A stretch of 63,964 nt of DNA, counting the filler, from Corallochytrium limacisporum Hawaii (taxonomy: Eukaryota > Protista > Pluriformea), in NCBI GenBank assembly GCA_002811645.1. It is 7 parts of 7 records of this genome, joined end to end, with 100 filler letters (N's around TTAATTAATTAA, not from the genome) between each part and the next. Parts side by side here need not be neighbours in the genome. Positions count along the whole stretch, not along the records: positions 19,730 to 37,827 come from PDIP01000030.1; positions 37,928 to 47,701 come from PDIP01000278.1; 5 more parts are not named here. One strand, given 5' to 3'. Of this stretch, positions 33,601 through 43,800 are shown one piece after another. The translations under genes and the position numbers were made by a program. The notes beneath the pieces were generated by a model that had not been told where the DNA came from, ran no database searches, and saw only the letters and a list, made by a program, of their open reading frames with translations. Each line of letters opens with the position of its first letter. Positions within the stretch are counted from its first letter, which is position 1.

Positions 33601-33877
33601 CCCCGTATGCAATGGCTGTCATCACTCCCACCCCGCAGATTGCTGAGATATTGTGACGAATTGAATCGGAAATCCTTCCGACAAACTGAAGTCTCAGCTT
33701 GTCGGCATTGTATATGTGAAATGCGCGGCCCCCGACTGCCGTAATAAGGAATGTGCCCGTACCTCCCTGAATTGACAGTGCGGGTGCCACTTCCGAGTCT
33801 GAGATGAGGCCTACTGAGCGAAAATACGCCCAAGCACGGCTACCTTCCTGCTTGGCTTTTACCATACCTATAATCAT
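30692..33877 (-). CDS. WDR36: WD repeat protein 36 / Utp21 (SSU processome), 1061 aa
   Basis: HPPTYINKVLLGSRQG, PALDVVAVGLADG, IAFRTDG, ELSQG, YNMQSGLHRG, APFFLPT, DFELIETYL..LKHH. Confidence 0.95.
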   Translation of the reverse strand: MIIGMVKAKQEGSRAWAYFRSVGLISDSEVAPALSIQGGTGTFLITAVGGRAFHIYNADKLRLQFVGRISDSIRHNISAICGVGVMTAIAYGAEVDIYSRGRKLYSLTGSSGHDSDNDSEGSELEEDEEGEEEEEGSVSRRGFSKKLNGLTFLKENAGVGSGGRINKLYAIGKSVLMGINDDNEMIIWNLKERAEFARFPFASANFSIVGVCHPPTYINKVLLGSRQGGMKLFNFRSGKVVYDFPTFGCSIGVIEATPALDVVAVGLADGRVVFYNVRYDQTVLSIDSALVGSDDSALTNGRLEPSAIAFRTDGPPVMAVGTSEGSIAVWHLGEVEDANRQKEDDEDEEDTGIDQLTLSGTKVSRPRLLSLKTDAHRQGPVTLLRFLPKQPVMISCGSDNSVKMWIMDGPAGEARLLRQRKGPSQPPSHLLHYDSLGHNFLAAGLDRSVRLFSCIRDEQSVELSQGKVESRSKKKGIDPEDILLPSVTAMAAHNLREREWDTMVTCHLREAGARTWSVKSKRLGKHVLLPPATSKAIPKQDTAVCCTISHCGNFAFIGRQSGAIDCYNMQSGLHRGRLVGIYDAKSGTIAVESTTDTDSSHRLCHKGPVKGIATDLTNSLVFSWGFDGHIRAWKFYDQTLVWDVVVGRSEKSKRSELTAHNSPISSGDLHRESLILAVVIERTNEVIVYDLERQNIVRRFDIGQRVTCLKITPDSSWLMASTITGLTFVFELSTATLVDLFRTSSPITSLSVSPSLSQMLTSHADFNGVCMWTNRTMYDSVVLKPLTTQQRTNPPMVHIMALDDELAMDSGTERDDEDWEDMDEEMDEGEYEELKAKQAEEAGDMGVVSLSGRAANIWQALLHIDDLKARNEGAKDIKVNASAPFFLPTTQDLNTRLDPTQDMGSAAKELMGNGNAPSAGSRVRKRARGGVASAFSDFVREAAEESTKEAAVILLERMKGMSNAELDLELRMLPSGPDGSDAISNMLKCLGMMLDNLNSDFELIETYLAVTLKHHADIIIEEPKCAPILRDIAEAHSAKWTRLRDHIQYNLCMVNFLRRKL

Positions 33878-34600
33878 ATGCTAAACGACAGATCTATTCA
33901 CTATGACATTGCTGCCGATGGTATTGAGTGTGCTACGTACATTGTCTTCTATCTACCTGCAAGTCATAGAGTCCTCCTCCTTTGCACTGCTCTAGTGACC
34001 GAGCGTCGACATATCCATCTTACCAACAAATACCTACACTACACACAGCGATCCCTTGGGTGATCGCGATACCTCATGTGTGGCGTTACGCTCGGATTCC
34101 CCATGCTGGTCTCACCTGTCATTGAGAATTGCTCATAAACGCCCAGAGACCCGCCGCGTGGGCCTGGGCCCCTCTGTCCCTCGCAGCACACAAGCCAGCG
34201 AGAAAGGAAGAGGGGGAAGGGAGGGGTGGGCGACCCACTGTGCGCGGAGAGTGTGGGTTCAAACGGAGCGGCTGTGAAAATAGACTCCCGTTTCCGCGCC
34301 CCGCTGGGGCCGAGACACCCTCAGGGGTTCACTTGGAGCGTGGTGGAGGAGGTCCCGGGAGCGCACCAGTAATGGGGAAGAAGAACAGCGGGCAGAGAGG
34401 GAAGCAAATCGAGCCACACACTGTCTCTCTCAAGCATAACAAAACTGTACGATTATGGGGAGAAATCTCTGAGTGCTGCCCAGAGTCAGTGGTTCCGAGT
34501 GGTACTTGATGGAAGAGTACTGAGCAATGCTGATCTCTGAATTTTCGAATCAATAGTACAGTTCAGTTGTCTTTTGGTAAAACAACAGTTCGGGGACACG
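33878..34600. promoter_or_regulatory. Probable bidirectional promoter WDR36/RAE1 containing a canonical G-quadruplex motif (34212-34230)
   Basis: Divergent starts about 720 bp apart; GGGGGAAGGGAGGGGTGGG in the middle. Confidence 0.5.
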
Positions 34601-35737
34601 ATGAACCAACAAGTGCCTTCGCTCGGGTTGGGCGACAAACAGAACCCAAACAATGATCATGAGATCAAGGAAGTCGGGGCTGATACCATTGCCTGTATTC
34701 AGTTTTCACCACAACCTGCTCCGGGCAGCGGCAACCAGTTCATGGTTGCTGGATCATGGGACAACCATTTGCGTCTCTGGGAGATTGCCCGTGGTGGAAT
34801 TGGTGGTCAGGTGCAGAGCAAGCCTTTGATGGAATCTGCCCGGGAAGGCCCAGTACTTTCCGCTGCATGGCATGCCGAGGGCAAACAGATTTTTAGTGGT
34901 GACGCTGCCAAGGCCGTCAAAGTTTGGGATCTACAGAGTCAACAGGTGCAGCAGGTAGGTGTGCACGATGGCCCCGTGAGTACCATGCATTGGATTCCCC
35001 AACACAACCTGCTGTTCACCGGTTCTTGGGACCGCACTGCACGGTTCTGGGATTTGCGTCAGGGACCAAAGGAGGTAGCTCAACTGCAGTGGCAGGCACC
35101 GGGTCAACTTGGTGCAATGACAGGTCCTGAGCGAATTTATTGCAGTGATGTGCACGATCGTGTTCTGGCCGTTGGACGGGCAGACTCCCGCGTCTTCGCC
35201 TACGACGTGCAAAATCTCCAGCAGTCGACGGCTCCGTCTTTGCCACCGTTGCACATGCCGGAGCTGAAGACAGGTAAGTTGAATTACACCATCACTTGCG
35301 TGGCCGTCTTCAAGAACCAGGACCCCTCGCTCCCCTGTGTCGCCATCGGCTCCACGGAGGGTCGGGTGGCCATCCAGACGCTGCCGAACCGTGACAAGGA
35401 TGACTGTTTCTCCTTCAAGTGCCACCGTAAGGAGTCCAATGTCTTTGCCGTTAGTGCCATCAGCTGCCATCCCCTGGGTACCTTCAGCACTGCGGGCAGC
35501 GATGGTGCCTTCCACTTTTGGGACAAGGACAATCGCCAGCGCTTGCATCAGTTCCAAGCTAGTCCAGCTCCAATTACTTCGACAGCCTTCAGTGCCGATG
35601 GCAATCTGTTTGCTTACGGTGTGGGATACGATTGGTCCAAAGGATACCACTACTCCAGCCCGCAGCCATTCAATCGCATTTACATTCACACCGTCACTCC
35701 CGAGCAGATCCAACCAAAGAAGTCCACGCGGCGGTAA
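34601..35737 (+). CDS. RAE1: mRNA export factor Rae1/Gle2 (WD40)
   Basis: NPNND, AGSWDN, GSTEGRVAI, FSFKCHR, GTFSTAGSDG, FWDKDNRQRL, GYDWSKG. First ATG 34601. Confidence 0.93.
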   Translation: MNQQVPSLGLGDKQNPNNDHEIKEVGADTIACIQFSPQPAPGSGNQFMVAGSWDNHLRLWEIARGGIGGQVQSKPLMESAREGPVLSAAWHAEGKQIFSGDAAKAVKVWDLQSQQVQQVGVHDGPVSTMHWIPQHNLLFTGSWDRTARFWDLRQGPKEVAQLQWQAPGQLGAMTGPERIYCSDVHDRVLAVGRADSRVFAYDVQNLQQSTAPSLPPLHMPELKTGKLNYTITCVAVFKNQDPSLPCVAIGSTEGRVAIQTLPNRDKDDCFSFKCHRKESNVFAVSAISCHPLGTFSTAGSDGAFHFWDKDNRQRLHQFQASPAPITSTAFSADGNLFAYGVGYDWSKGYHYSSPQPFNRIYIHTVTPEQIQPKKSTRR

Positions 35738-35887
35738 ACGATTCGCACTCGCTTCGAATAGTATAATTAAACAAACGAAATTATCTAGATCAATGCTTGT
35801 ATTTAATGTGACAATGTGGAATATCTGTTGGTCATGAATGACGACAAAAACAGAGTGATTCGGAACAGTGAAGTCAATGAGGCAGCG

Positions 35888-37609
35888 TCACCGTCCGTGG
35901 CGCTCCATGTTTTCATCCTTCAAGGTGTGAGCCGGCTTGTAGCCGGTCGGATGATCAGTACTCTTTAGGGCCGGGTTCGGCTTTGTGTTCAGGCGATTGC
36001 CAAGAGAGGTGTATCCGTGATCGTACAAGGAGCAGTACGGTACCTGAAGGTCAATCAGGAAGGTCCACACATCCTCATAAGACCAGTCTAGAATGGGATT
36101 GATGCGCATGTAATCGGGCCAGCCATTGTCGCAGGGGGTGAAGGCGCCCAGAGTCTTACCGTGGGGATCACTCCGCCGTGTCCCGATAATGATGCCCTTG
36201 ATATTAGGACGTTGATAACTGTACTTCCACAAACCGTCCTTGATAGTACCCTCAATACGATCAACACAAAGCTTATAGCGCCATTCACTCCGGAGCACGA
36301 AGTGCTCCACCTCGTCGAATGGAGCAGCGTGAGTAATGTACACTGCGTGACGCTCGTCGGAGAGATCAGGTCTGGCAGTGATGGTCTGCTTTAACAAACG
36401 GCGGTGTACCGCTGTCCACATGTGCAATAGCAATGTACAATCTTTGCCACCATTGAAGCTAAGGCTAATATTGTCAAGACCGTACCGCTCAACTGCTTCT
36501 TCCATGACTACGAGTGCTTCCTTCACCTTAGCCGCAAGCCGTACATTGCTGTGAGCATAATCATAGACTGACTTTTCGACCTCATCCAGGTCTAGATCAT
36601 GCGTATGGATGATCAAATCGTCCGGGATTGTCTCCACTAGTTGTCCATATGCCTTCTCCAGGGTGTCCTTGTCCCGGCTCTGCAGACTGACTCGAAGGGA
36701 GTAGAGGGGGTTGCCAAGCACAGGATAACTACCGATGTCCACCTCGTCGTGCAAGTTGTTTAGATCAATCAAGCTCTGTGCAACATCCGTCTCTCGCGCC
36801 TTGAGCAAAATGTCCCGAACCTCAGCAGGGCCTGCACCTCCCAAAATGCCCTTTTCTAGTAGCACGGTGAATTGCTTCTTGAGAAGCTGGGGAATACCTG
36901 GCAAGATGAACACGTTGCGCATCTTGACCACTGGGTAGGTAAATGTGTCACCCGGCTCTCCTGGAAACAGGAGCTCCGCACTTTGTGGAATCGTCGCCAG
37001 CTTCATGTGGTGCTCCGTGGCCCTTTTACCAAATGACTTTCGTACCATGTTCCCGAGGTCCTCATTGACAGCGACACCTTCCCCGAACGCAGCTGCTACA
37101 GACTCGAAGGTTATGTCATCGTGGGTTGGTCCGATGCCGCCCGACGTGAAAACCCAGTCATACGTTTCGCTTGCCAGCTTGACTTCTTTTGAAATCATGT
37201 CAGCATCATCAGGCACTGTGACGCAGCGTTTCACTGTGATGCCATTCTTAGTCAGGCTGCGGATCAAGTAGAATGAGTTCGTGTCCTGCTGCTTGCCATT
37301 CAAAACCTCGTCCCCAATAATAACAATAGCGCTGGTGGGTAGTTTAGATGCCCCGTCTCCATTTGCTGACGCCCCATTCATAATGGTACTGCCCGGGTGA
37401 GGGTTTCTGCTCTGCGTAGTAGAGGTCTGAAAAGACCGGGCAAAGTGGCCCACCCGTTGTGTTGATTGCTCGCTCAGGGTGATTCTCGGTCCAGCAGCGC
37501 AACTGCTGGATGACTTCAACAAATTTCTTGTCGGTCCAACAGTACTATGGAAGAAATTTCTGCCTCCCAAAATCTTGTGGAAGAGCCTTGGAGTGGTTCC
37601 CAGATTCAT
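35888..37609 (-). CDS. FLAD1: Bifunctional FAD synthase: N-terminal molybdopterin-binding (CinA-like) domain plus C-terminal PAPS-reductase-like domain
   Basis: IIGDEVLNG..DTNS, SGGIGPTHDDIT, IGSYP; then SFNGGKDC, GTRRSDP, RINPILDWSY, YCSLYDHGYTSLG, ERHGR. Arg/Ser-rich presequence precedes Met77. Confidence 0.93.
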   Translation of the reverse strand: MNLGTTPRLFHKILGGRNFFHSTVGPTRNLLKSSSSCAAGPRITLSEQSTQRVGHFARSFQTSTTQSRNPHPGSTIMNGASANGDGASKLPTSAIVIIGDEVLNGKQQDTNSFYLIRSLTKNGITVKRCVTVPDDADMISKEVKLASETYDWVFTSGGIGPTHDDITFESVAAAFGEGVAVNEDLGNMVRKSFGKRATEHHMKLATIPQSAELLFPGEPGDTFTYPVVKMRNVFILPGIPQLLKKQFTVLLEKGILGGAGPAEVRDILLKARETDVAQSLIDLNNLHDEVDIGSYPVLGNPLYSLRVSLQSRDKDTLEKAYGQLVETIPDDLIIHTHDLDLDEVEKSVYDYAHSNVRLAAKVKEALVVMEEAVERYGLDNISLSFNGGKDCTLLLHMWTAVHRRLLKQTITARPDLSDERHAVYITHAAPFDEVEHFVLRSEWRYKLCVDRIEGTIKDGLWKYSYQRPNIKGIIIGTRRSDPHGKTLGAFTPCDNGWPDYMRINPILDWSYEDVWTFLIDLQVPYCSLYDHGYTSLGNRLNTKPNPALKSTDHPTGYKPAHTLKDENMERHGR

Positions 37610-37740
37610 GGACTACCGACGAACTTCGAACCCATGCGAAGAATAAATCCCCGCGAACACTTATCTGCGAGGCGTCTACTGCCTCCCTTTCGAATGGGTT
37701 TCGAATCTGGACAGCCAGGTCCATAAATTCCCTTAAATAA

Positions 37741-37827
37741 TACCAACCTCTGCCCCATAAGTTAAGGAGGAATCTGCCTAAAAACATGCACCGTAATATA
37801 AGGAGGGAGATTCTGATTTTTTCTCCA
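37741..37827. mobile_element. Terminus of mariner-like element, family A, running into contig end
   Basis: TACCAACCTCTGCCCCATAAGTTAAGGAGGAATCT..AAAACATGCACCGTAAT is homologous to 3257-3345. Confidence 0.7.
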
Positions 37828-40800
37828 NNNNNNNNNNNNNNNNNNNNNNNNNNNNNNNNNNNNNNNNNNNNTTAATTAATTAANNNNNNNNNNNNNNNNN
37901 NNNNNNNNNNNNNNNNNNNNNNNNNNNAAATAATCATATAAATCACGATCCGGTATATATTTTCGAACGAAAATTTTGGTTGGATACGGAGTATACATTC
38001 AACTCAGAGGATAGTATTAGGCTGGTTGTGAATGTTTCTACTCAGCTGCGGTGTGGTTCGTGCTGTCGCTTAGCAGGTCTACCAAATTCTTTTGTTGGGT
38101 TCGGGCCATTAGCCACGGCTCTTTGTCCTCTGATGCCGTCATTTTATGTGTAAGAATTCTTCGAAACAAAAGTAAGGACTTCATTAATTATGGAGAAGGA
38201 AATCCGGTTTCTCTTTGGTGTAAGTAATGAAGACACCAAAGGAAAAATTATTAGCCATTCCATGGGGACACTCTTGTGCCATGTGCCACCGCCGTCATTT
38301 TCACTCGTTTGAAAGGTCTGAAGATCTTATTTCAATTTCTCCGGCATATTTGGTACATTTTGTACGATATTGTGGTCATAAAGGTGCGACCTCCCGCAGT
38401 CCTCAGCTGATAGCTTTGAAACTAATTTAGGGCCCTCTGCTTCCATACAACTCGAAGTAATTCCCATTTTGCACTCCTCTAATTTCGCTTTCTCTCCTTA
38501 GGACGCAATTCAGCGTCTACCACGTCCTCTCCGATTTGTGAACGAGAGACATCTTTTGCAGTTGATTGCGCATCATGTGTGTACGGAGTTGGGCAACAGT
38601 ATCACGGCCGCGTGTCCGACATCCCAAGAAGCCGTCATGGACAACACGCCCTTCCTCATCATGTTTCCCAATCGGCCCTTTTCGCCCAACAAAGAAAAAG
38701 GAAAACCCTCAAAAACACCAAGAAATTACCAACTCCGCTTTACTGGCCTGATCCCGAAAAGATTGGTGGTATAATAAGACTCCGCGGTTATGACAGATTG
38801 GGTGTGTTCCACGGAGCAAAAAAGTTTGCGGTAACTTTTCTGATACGTTTTCGCCAATATTTTGTGTAATGTGGTGAGCGTCTCCTCCCTCCACCGAAGC
38901 CAAAGAAAAAAAAAACTTACCCTAAGGGAAATCAAGGAAAAGAGGGAAGGGGGTAAGGCTAGGTGAGCGTAGGTCAAATACGAGCGAGAACTTCAAGGTG
39001 TGATATGCATGCCACTCCTACTCCCGGAAATCCCGCCTTCCTACAAAAACACTTTGACGAGTTTTGCGTAATCCCGGGGGTATTAAAAAAAAAAAAGAGA
39101 AGCGGACCATCCTATCACCGCCCGGGTAAGCAGGAGAGAATGTGAGATCCCCCCAACGTTTCAGAACCGAAAACCCAAAAGAAAAAAACAAAACACGCCG
39201 TTTGCAAGCGCGCCTAGCGAGGCAGCAGCCCGCCCGAGGAAAGCGAGAAGGAAAAGAGAGAACGAAAGGGGGGCATCCACGAGTATTGATCCTTTGTTCT
39301 CGTTCTCGGGTGACCGTGCCGCCGTAACGTGAATCAAAAATTTCCTCCCCCCTCCCCCCTCGCTGACGCTCTCAAGTCTTGGGCAAAAAAAGGGGAGGGA
39401 GTGATTGGACAAGAGGGAGAAGCCGATGCCTTTCAGTTTGTGCCGGGCGTCCCGTAGCTTTGCTGCTTGCTTCCAGGGCCCGCCCCGTTTTTTTTTTTCC
39501 TTCACTGAGCGAGCGAGCTGAGTGATTTGCTACATTGATGGGCTCCATGCTTTCGAAATGAGCCTTCCCCGTTGGATGTTGGCGCTTCTGCTGCAACGGG
39601 ATAGTCGCAATTTTGTGACTTTACTCCAATCACAAATCTCACATCATAGAAGATACGGCACTGTGGTAGTCGCTCTTGAGATAAAGTCAATATCCACATC
39701 ATCATGTCGTCTTTCAGACCGGGGAGCAAGAAGGGGACGTTCGAAATGACATCAGATACGGCTCTCCGGCGAAATCCTCACTTCGCTGTGGGCGAGGCAT
39801 CTCAGTGACTGCCGTGTGGAGAACCTGCCCACTGCTCTTGATAGTGGACTATCATCCGCTTTGTCCATCGAACATCGTCAGTAGTTCTCGATCCCAAGAT
39901 TCACTGACACAGCAGGTGGCCGATTTGACTGACCTTTGAGATGCTAGCAACCCCTTTACAAAATGCGCAAATGAAAATTACGGTTTAAGCAGGTGTATTC
40001 AAGGGAAGAGTGATGAAGTTGCAGAAAGAACGATGTCCACATGGATCGATGTTCACTCTCCTCACGGCAACCAGAATGGGAGAAGCTGCACCTTCATTTG
40101 CAGCCACCTAGAGCGGAGCATGTCTGCTTCATGTTTCTTCCGGTTCAGTACTGTGCGACATCTCCATGTTGGGACCCAGTCCGCGAGGGACACCGCTCCC
40201 AACTCGCAGCCACACACGGAGAAGACATGCCGAAAGGAGAAGGAGAGTCCCACCCCTCTAACACAATCGCACTGACAGTTGGGAATATTTTTCATTCCGA
40301 AAGACGTTACGTTTCACGAGCAAATTGGCGATAAGATAGAAATGAACGAAAGCTGCTTTCGATCGATATCTCAGGGCGTGTCCATGTGCGGCTACGGAAG
40401 AGGTGTGTTTCCTGCCTGCCGCTGCTGTGAGCCCAACAATAGAGCTGTTTCTACACCCAGCTTAATTTTCAAAAAACACGGGTTCTTCCCAAAATTCTGT
40501 AAGATGATAAATTACATAAAGGGAGCGTCCAAAGAAAAGTCGTCCCAGAAGTCCACTTTGTTTCATTACGGCAGACTCCCAACGCTTGCCAAACACGGCA
40601 GCCATCGAAAAAAAAGAAACAAGAAAAATGCGGAGGCGGGAAAGGGAGGACCAGCAAAAAGAAAAATGAACACGCTGCGTGCGGGTTGTAACTATAGCGA
40701 AGTACTAGTCCCATTTGTCGGGGCTCGGTTGGGTGGTTTTCTTTATTTTTTTAAGGGCACAGGGGATCGCCAAGACGCTCCGCGCGCGACGATCGGACGG

Positions 40801-43800
40801 TCGTGGTGGAGGGTTTTTCGCCAAGAGAATCAAATGGGGGCGAAGAAAATTTTCTCCCCGCCTTTATTGTTTTCAATTATGTATCTAATGGCCGTGCGGC
40901 CTGTGCGACGCAACGAAGCCTTTCATTTATGATAGTGTATAGAAAATGTATTAAGTTTTGTTTGGACACACCCGATTTCTTGCACCTCCCTCCCTTTCCG
41001 CTGCCCCCTCTCTTCTTTTTTTTTTCCTTTTCGATTTCGTTCTCTCTGCTGGTTTTGCATTAATTGGGTTTTGAAATTGTTTATCAATCAATTTTTTAAG
41101 ATTTCGTAGTAACCCCAGCTTAAATTGAACGGGGCTGGAATGGAATGGGATATGTAGTGTATTCGTTTGGAAGCGCAGCACCTCAACTACATGTGTTTTT
41201 TGGTTGAAAATCTGATTTCCGAGCACTCCGGGGGATCAGGCAGAAATGCGGTTGGGGGGAGAAATTGGACGGAGGGTGACAATAGCCAACTTGGTGCCGG
41301 GGGCCCGTCTGCACGCTGTGGACGAACGGTTTGGGTTCTGAGCAAACTGGGCGGTGGAGTCTAACCAGTTCAGCACTTTTTTGCCGACATATGACTCGCC
41401 GTCAGGGCGAAGTCTGGGCTCTCGCCCACTGAAAGTCGTTTGGCAGTGGCCCCCCCGCGCTTTCTCGCGATGGGTCCCAAGCAGGGTGCCAGCCTCGCTT
41501 GGTTGTAAGCATTGGTTTCAGTTTAGTGTCTCTGATCTCTTGGGGCTTCTGGAGATTGTTTCATATCAGGTGCTCTGTCCTGCGCAAGCGAAGGCAAACG
41601 AGTCTCGCGTTGAGCGTTTTGGCTAGTTGCATGTTTAAGCTTTGCGTACTATATATCCTTCGACACACAGAATCCGATTCAATGACTGGCCATCATATGC
41701 TCGCTGCCGTGCATGCTATCCCCGCACCAGGATCCTGTGCGTGCATCTGTGACATGGAGAGAAAGTGTTCTCGGGATTGATCCGCGCGGTGACTGGGGAG
41801 CGATGCACAATCACCTCGAGAGAAAGACTTATCGAACAAGGCATCCAAGTTGCCATCGCAGGCATCAGTCACCATGCAATTAGTCAGAGTGCTCTCTACC
41901 CGGCAGTATCTTTACCATTTGATGATGGCTAGTATACATGTCCGCACAGAGGATTGCAGGCTGGCAGGCAGCCAGTCAGTTAGCCAGCCAGCCAGATCAA
42001 GCTACAGAGCGCGAGCAGAAGAGGGTAGGGCTGACTATGGCGAGTTGACCTCAACCTGTCTAGTTTTCGCGATAGCGGTGGAGAACCCTGCGTGCCCTCA
42101 GTGCCTTACAAGTAAAAATCACTGCTTACTCCCCTGCACTGTATTTCTTGAACACTAGCGACGGCGGGCCCGGGCCGCCCCTTCGGAAAAGAGCGTTCAG
42201 TGCTGTGTGCCGTGGATACTCTTCGTGCTGCTACTTCTCCATGGTAGTGATCGAAGCAAAGTACTGCGATATGCCCGTTATCACGATTCGATTTACTGGC
42301 AAAAAAAAAAGAATAAGACAGATCATTGCCATTGTCAGTGTTACAGTCTATATGCCGGCCGGGCCCAAAAGAATTGATAAATTCTGGATGATACGGAAAA
42401 TGATCTCGCGGTCGCACCTTGCCTTGCGCTCGCAAACTGCAAATACACAGACTTCTTTCATCTCGTCCTGACACCTATTTGTCTGCTTCGTCTCCCTAAC
42501 TGCTAGCTACGCTTTTGGAATGTGTGGTTCGTAGGTGATGAAATTCTTAATTTTCAACTGCCTCGCATAGCGAAGGTAGGCACAAGCTGAAGCGCACGGC
42601 CGAGACGAGCAGAGAAGTGTTACAGTTTCTTGTGGGCTGTGCAGGACGCAGTGCACTGGTATGCAGCGAATTAGGTATGGGTCAGCGCGACCCGCTGACA
42701 GCAAAACCTCTCCCCCAATCGCCCCCCTCCCCCCCTCTCCTCTCCATGCCAGCGTCTGATCTATTTCCGGGTGGGTAGGGCTGTAGTTTGATCCCAGTAT
42801 CTCCCTTCTGATCCGCAATGACTCAATATCAACATTTTCATTCTTGAATTTTTTCTGATACAGAAAGTGGGCAATGAGAGGGCTGGATTTACGTTAAAAT
42901 GATCAGAGAACACTGGCTAGATTGACGTGCATTGCCGTTTCTCAACATTTCATTTCCAATTCTTGTCCGCTGCGTACACAGGTCCCTCCTTCTTGCTATC
43001 TCTTATCTTTTGCCCATTTCTAATACCTTGTGAGAAGATGGCTGATACTGGCCTGCCGCGCACCGAAAGTTTTGCAGCCAAAGCTGTCCAACACTCTCAA
43101 CTGGACGAACTGCAAACAGCCGCGGATCTTTTTTTTCTTACATTTCATTTCCAAAAGAGAAAAAGGCAGTGCGATTGTATGTTTTGTTGTTTCCATTGTG
43201 TGCCTGACGAGCACAAGCACGAGAGGAAACCAAAATGTTCCATACTTAATATATGGCTGTGTGGTCACGTTTGTGTGGACTGATGACGATGCCACAACAG
43301 AAAAAAGCGTCAAAGTGGAACGGGACGGCACGACATGCTATGGTCTCCCTCCCTCCCTCTTTTTTTTTTTTACTCCAGTGGGAAAGAAAGTAGAGTGACC
43401 ACTGTGACAGTGTGATAGACCAACATAGTAGTGGCTTGTCACTGTCCAACCGAAAAAAAAATAAAGGCGGGCGGGGCGAGCGGGGTCCGGCCCCATCCTC
43501 CATTTTCTTCTTTTTTTTTTCGCATTAAGAAACAAAATTCTCCACTCAGGCCACCACTGCTTCAGTACTGAAATCTTGTGATGGACCCGGGACATGCCCG
43601 TCCATATTTTCAATACCAATCGTCACTACTAATCACTTGACGATTGAAACACCCAGACGGGGAATGCGAACGAATTATACAAAAAGGGCAAGGCTTAGTG
43701 TATTGTATGCATAAATATAGTATGGGTGACAGAGTTTCAAAGCATCGAAAGTTTCAATTGCCCTATGAAGTGTCTTGCGTACTGCTTACTCGAATGCGGC

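Noticed and set aside
37928-37995. Contig start ending GGATACGGAGTA with a small ATTTTCG-AA-CGAAAAT hairpin, as a third transposon terminus
   Set aside because: Single copy in the window and only loosely TIR-like; unsupported without a genome-wide search.
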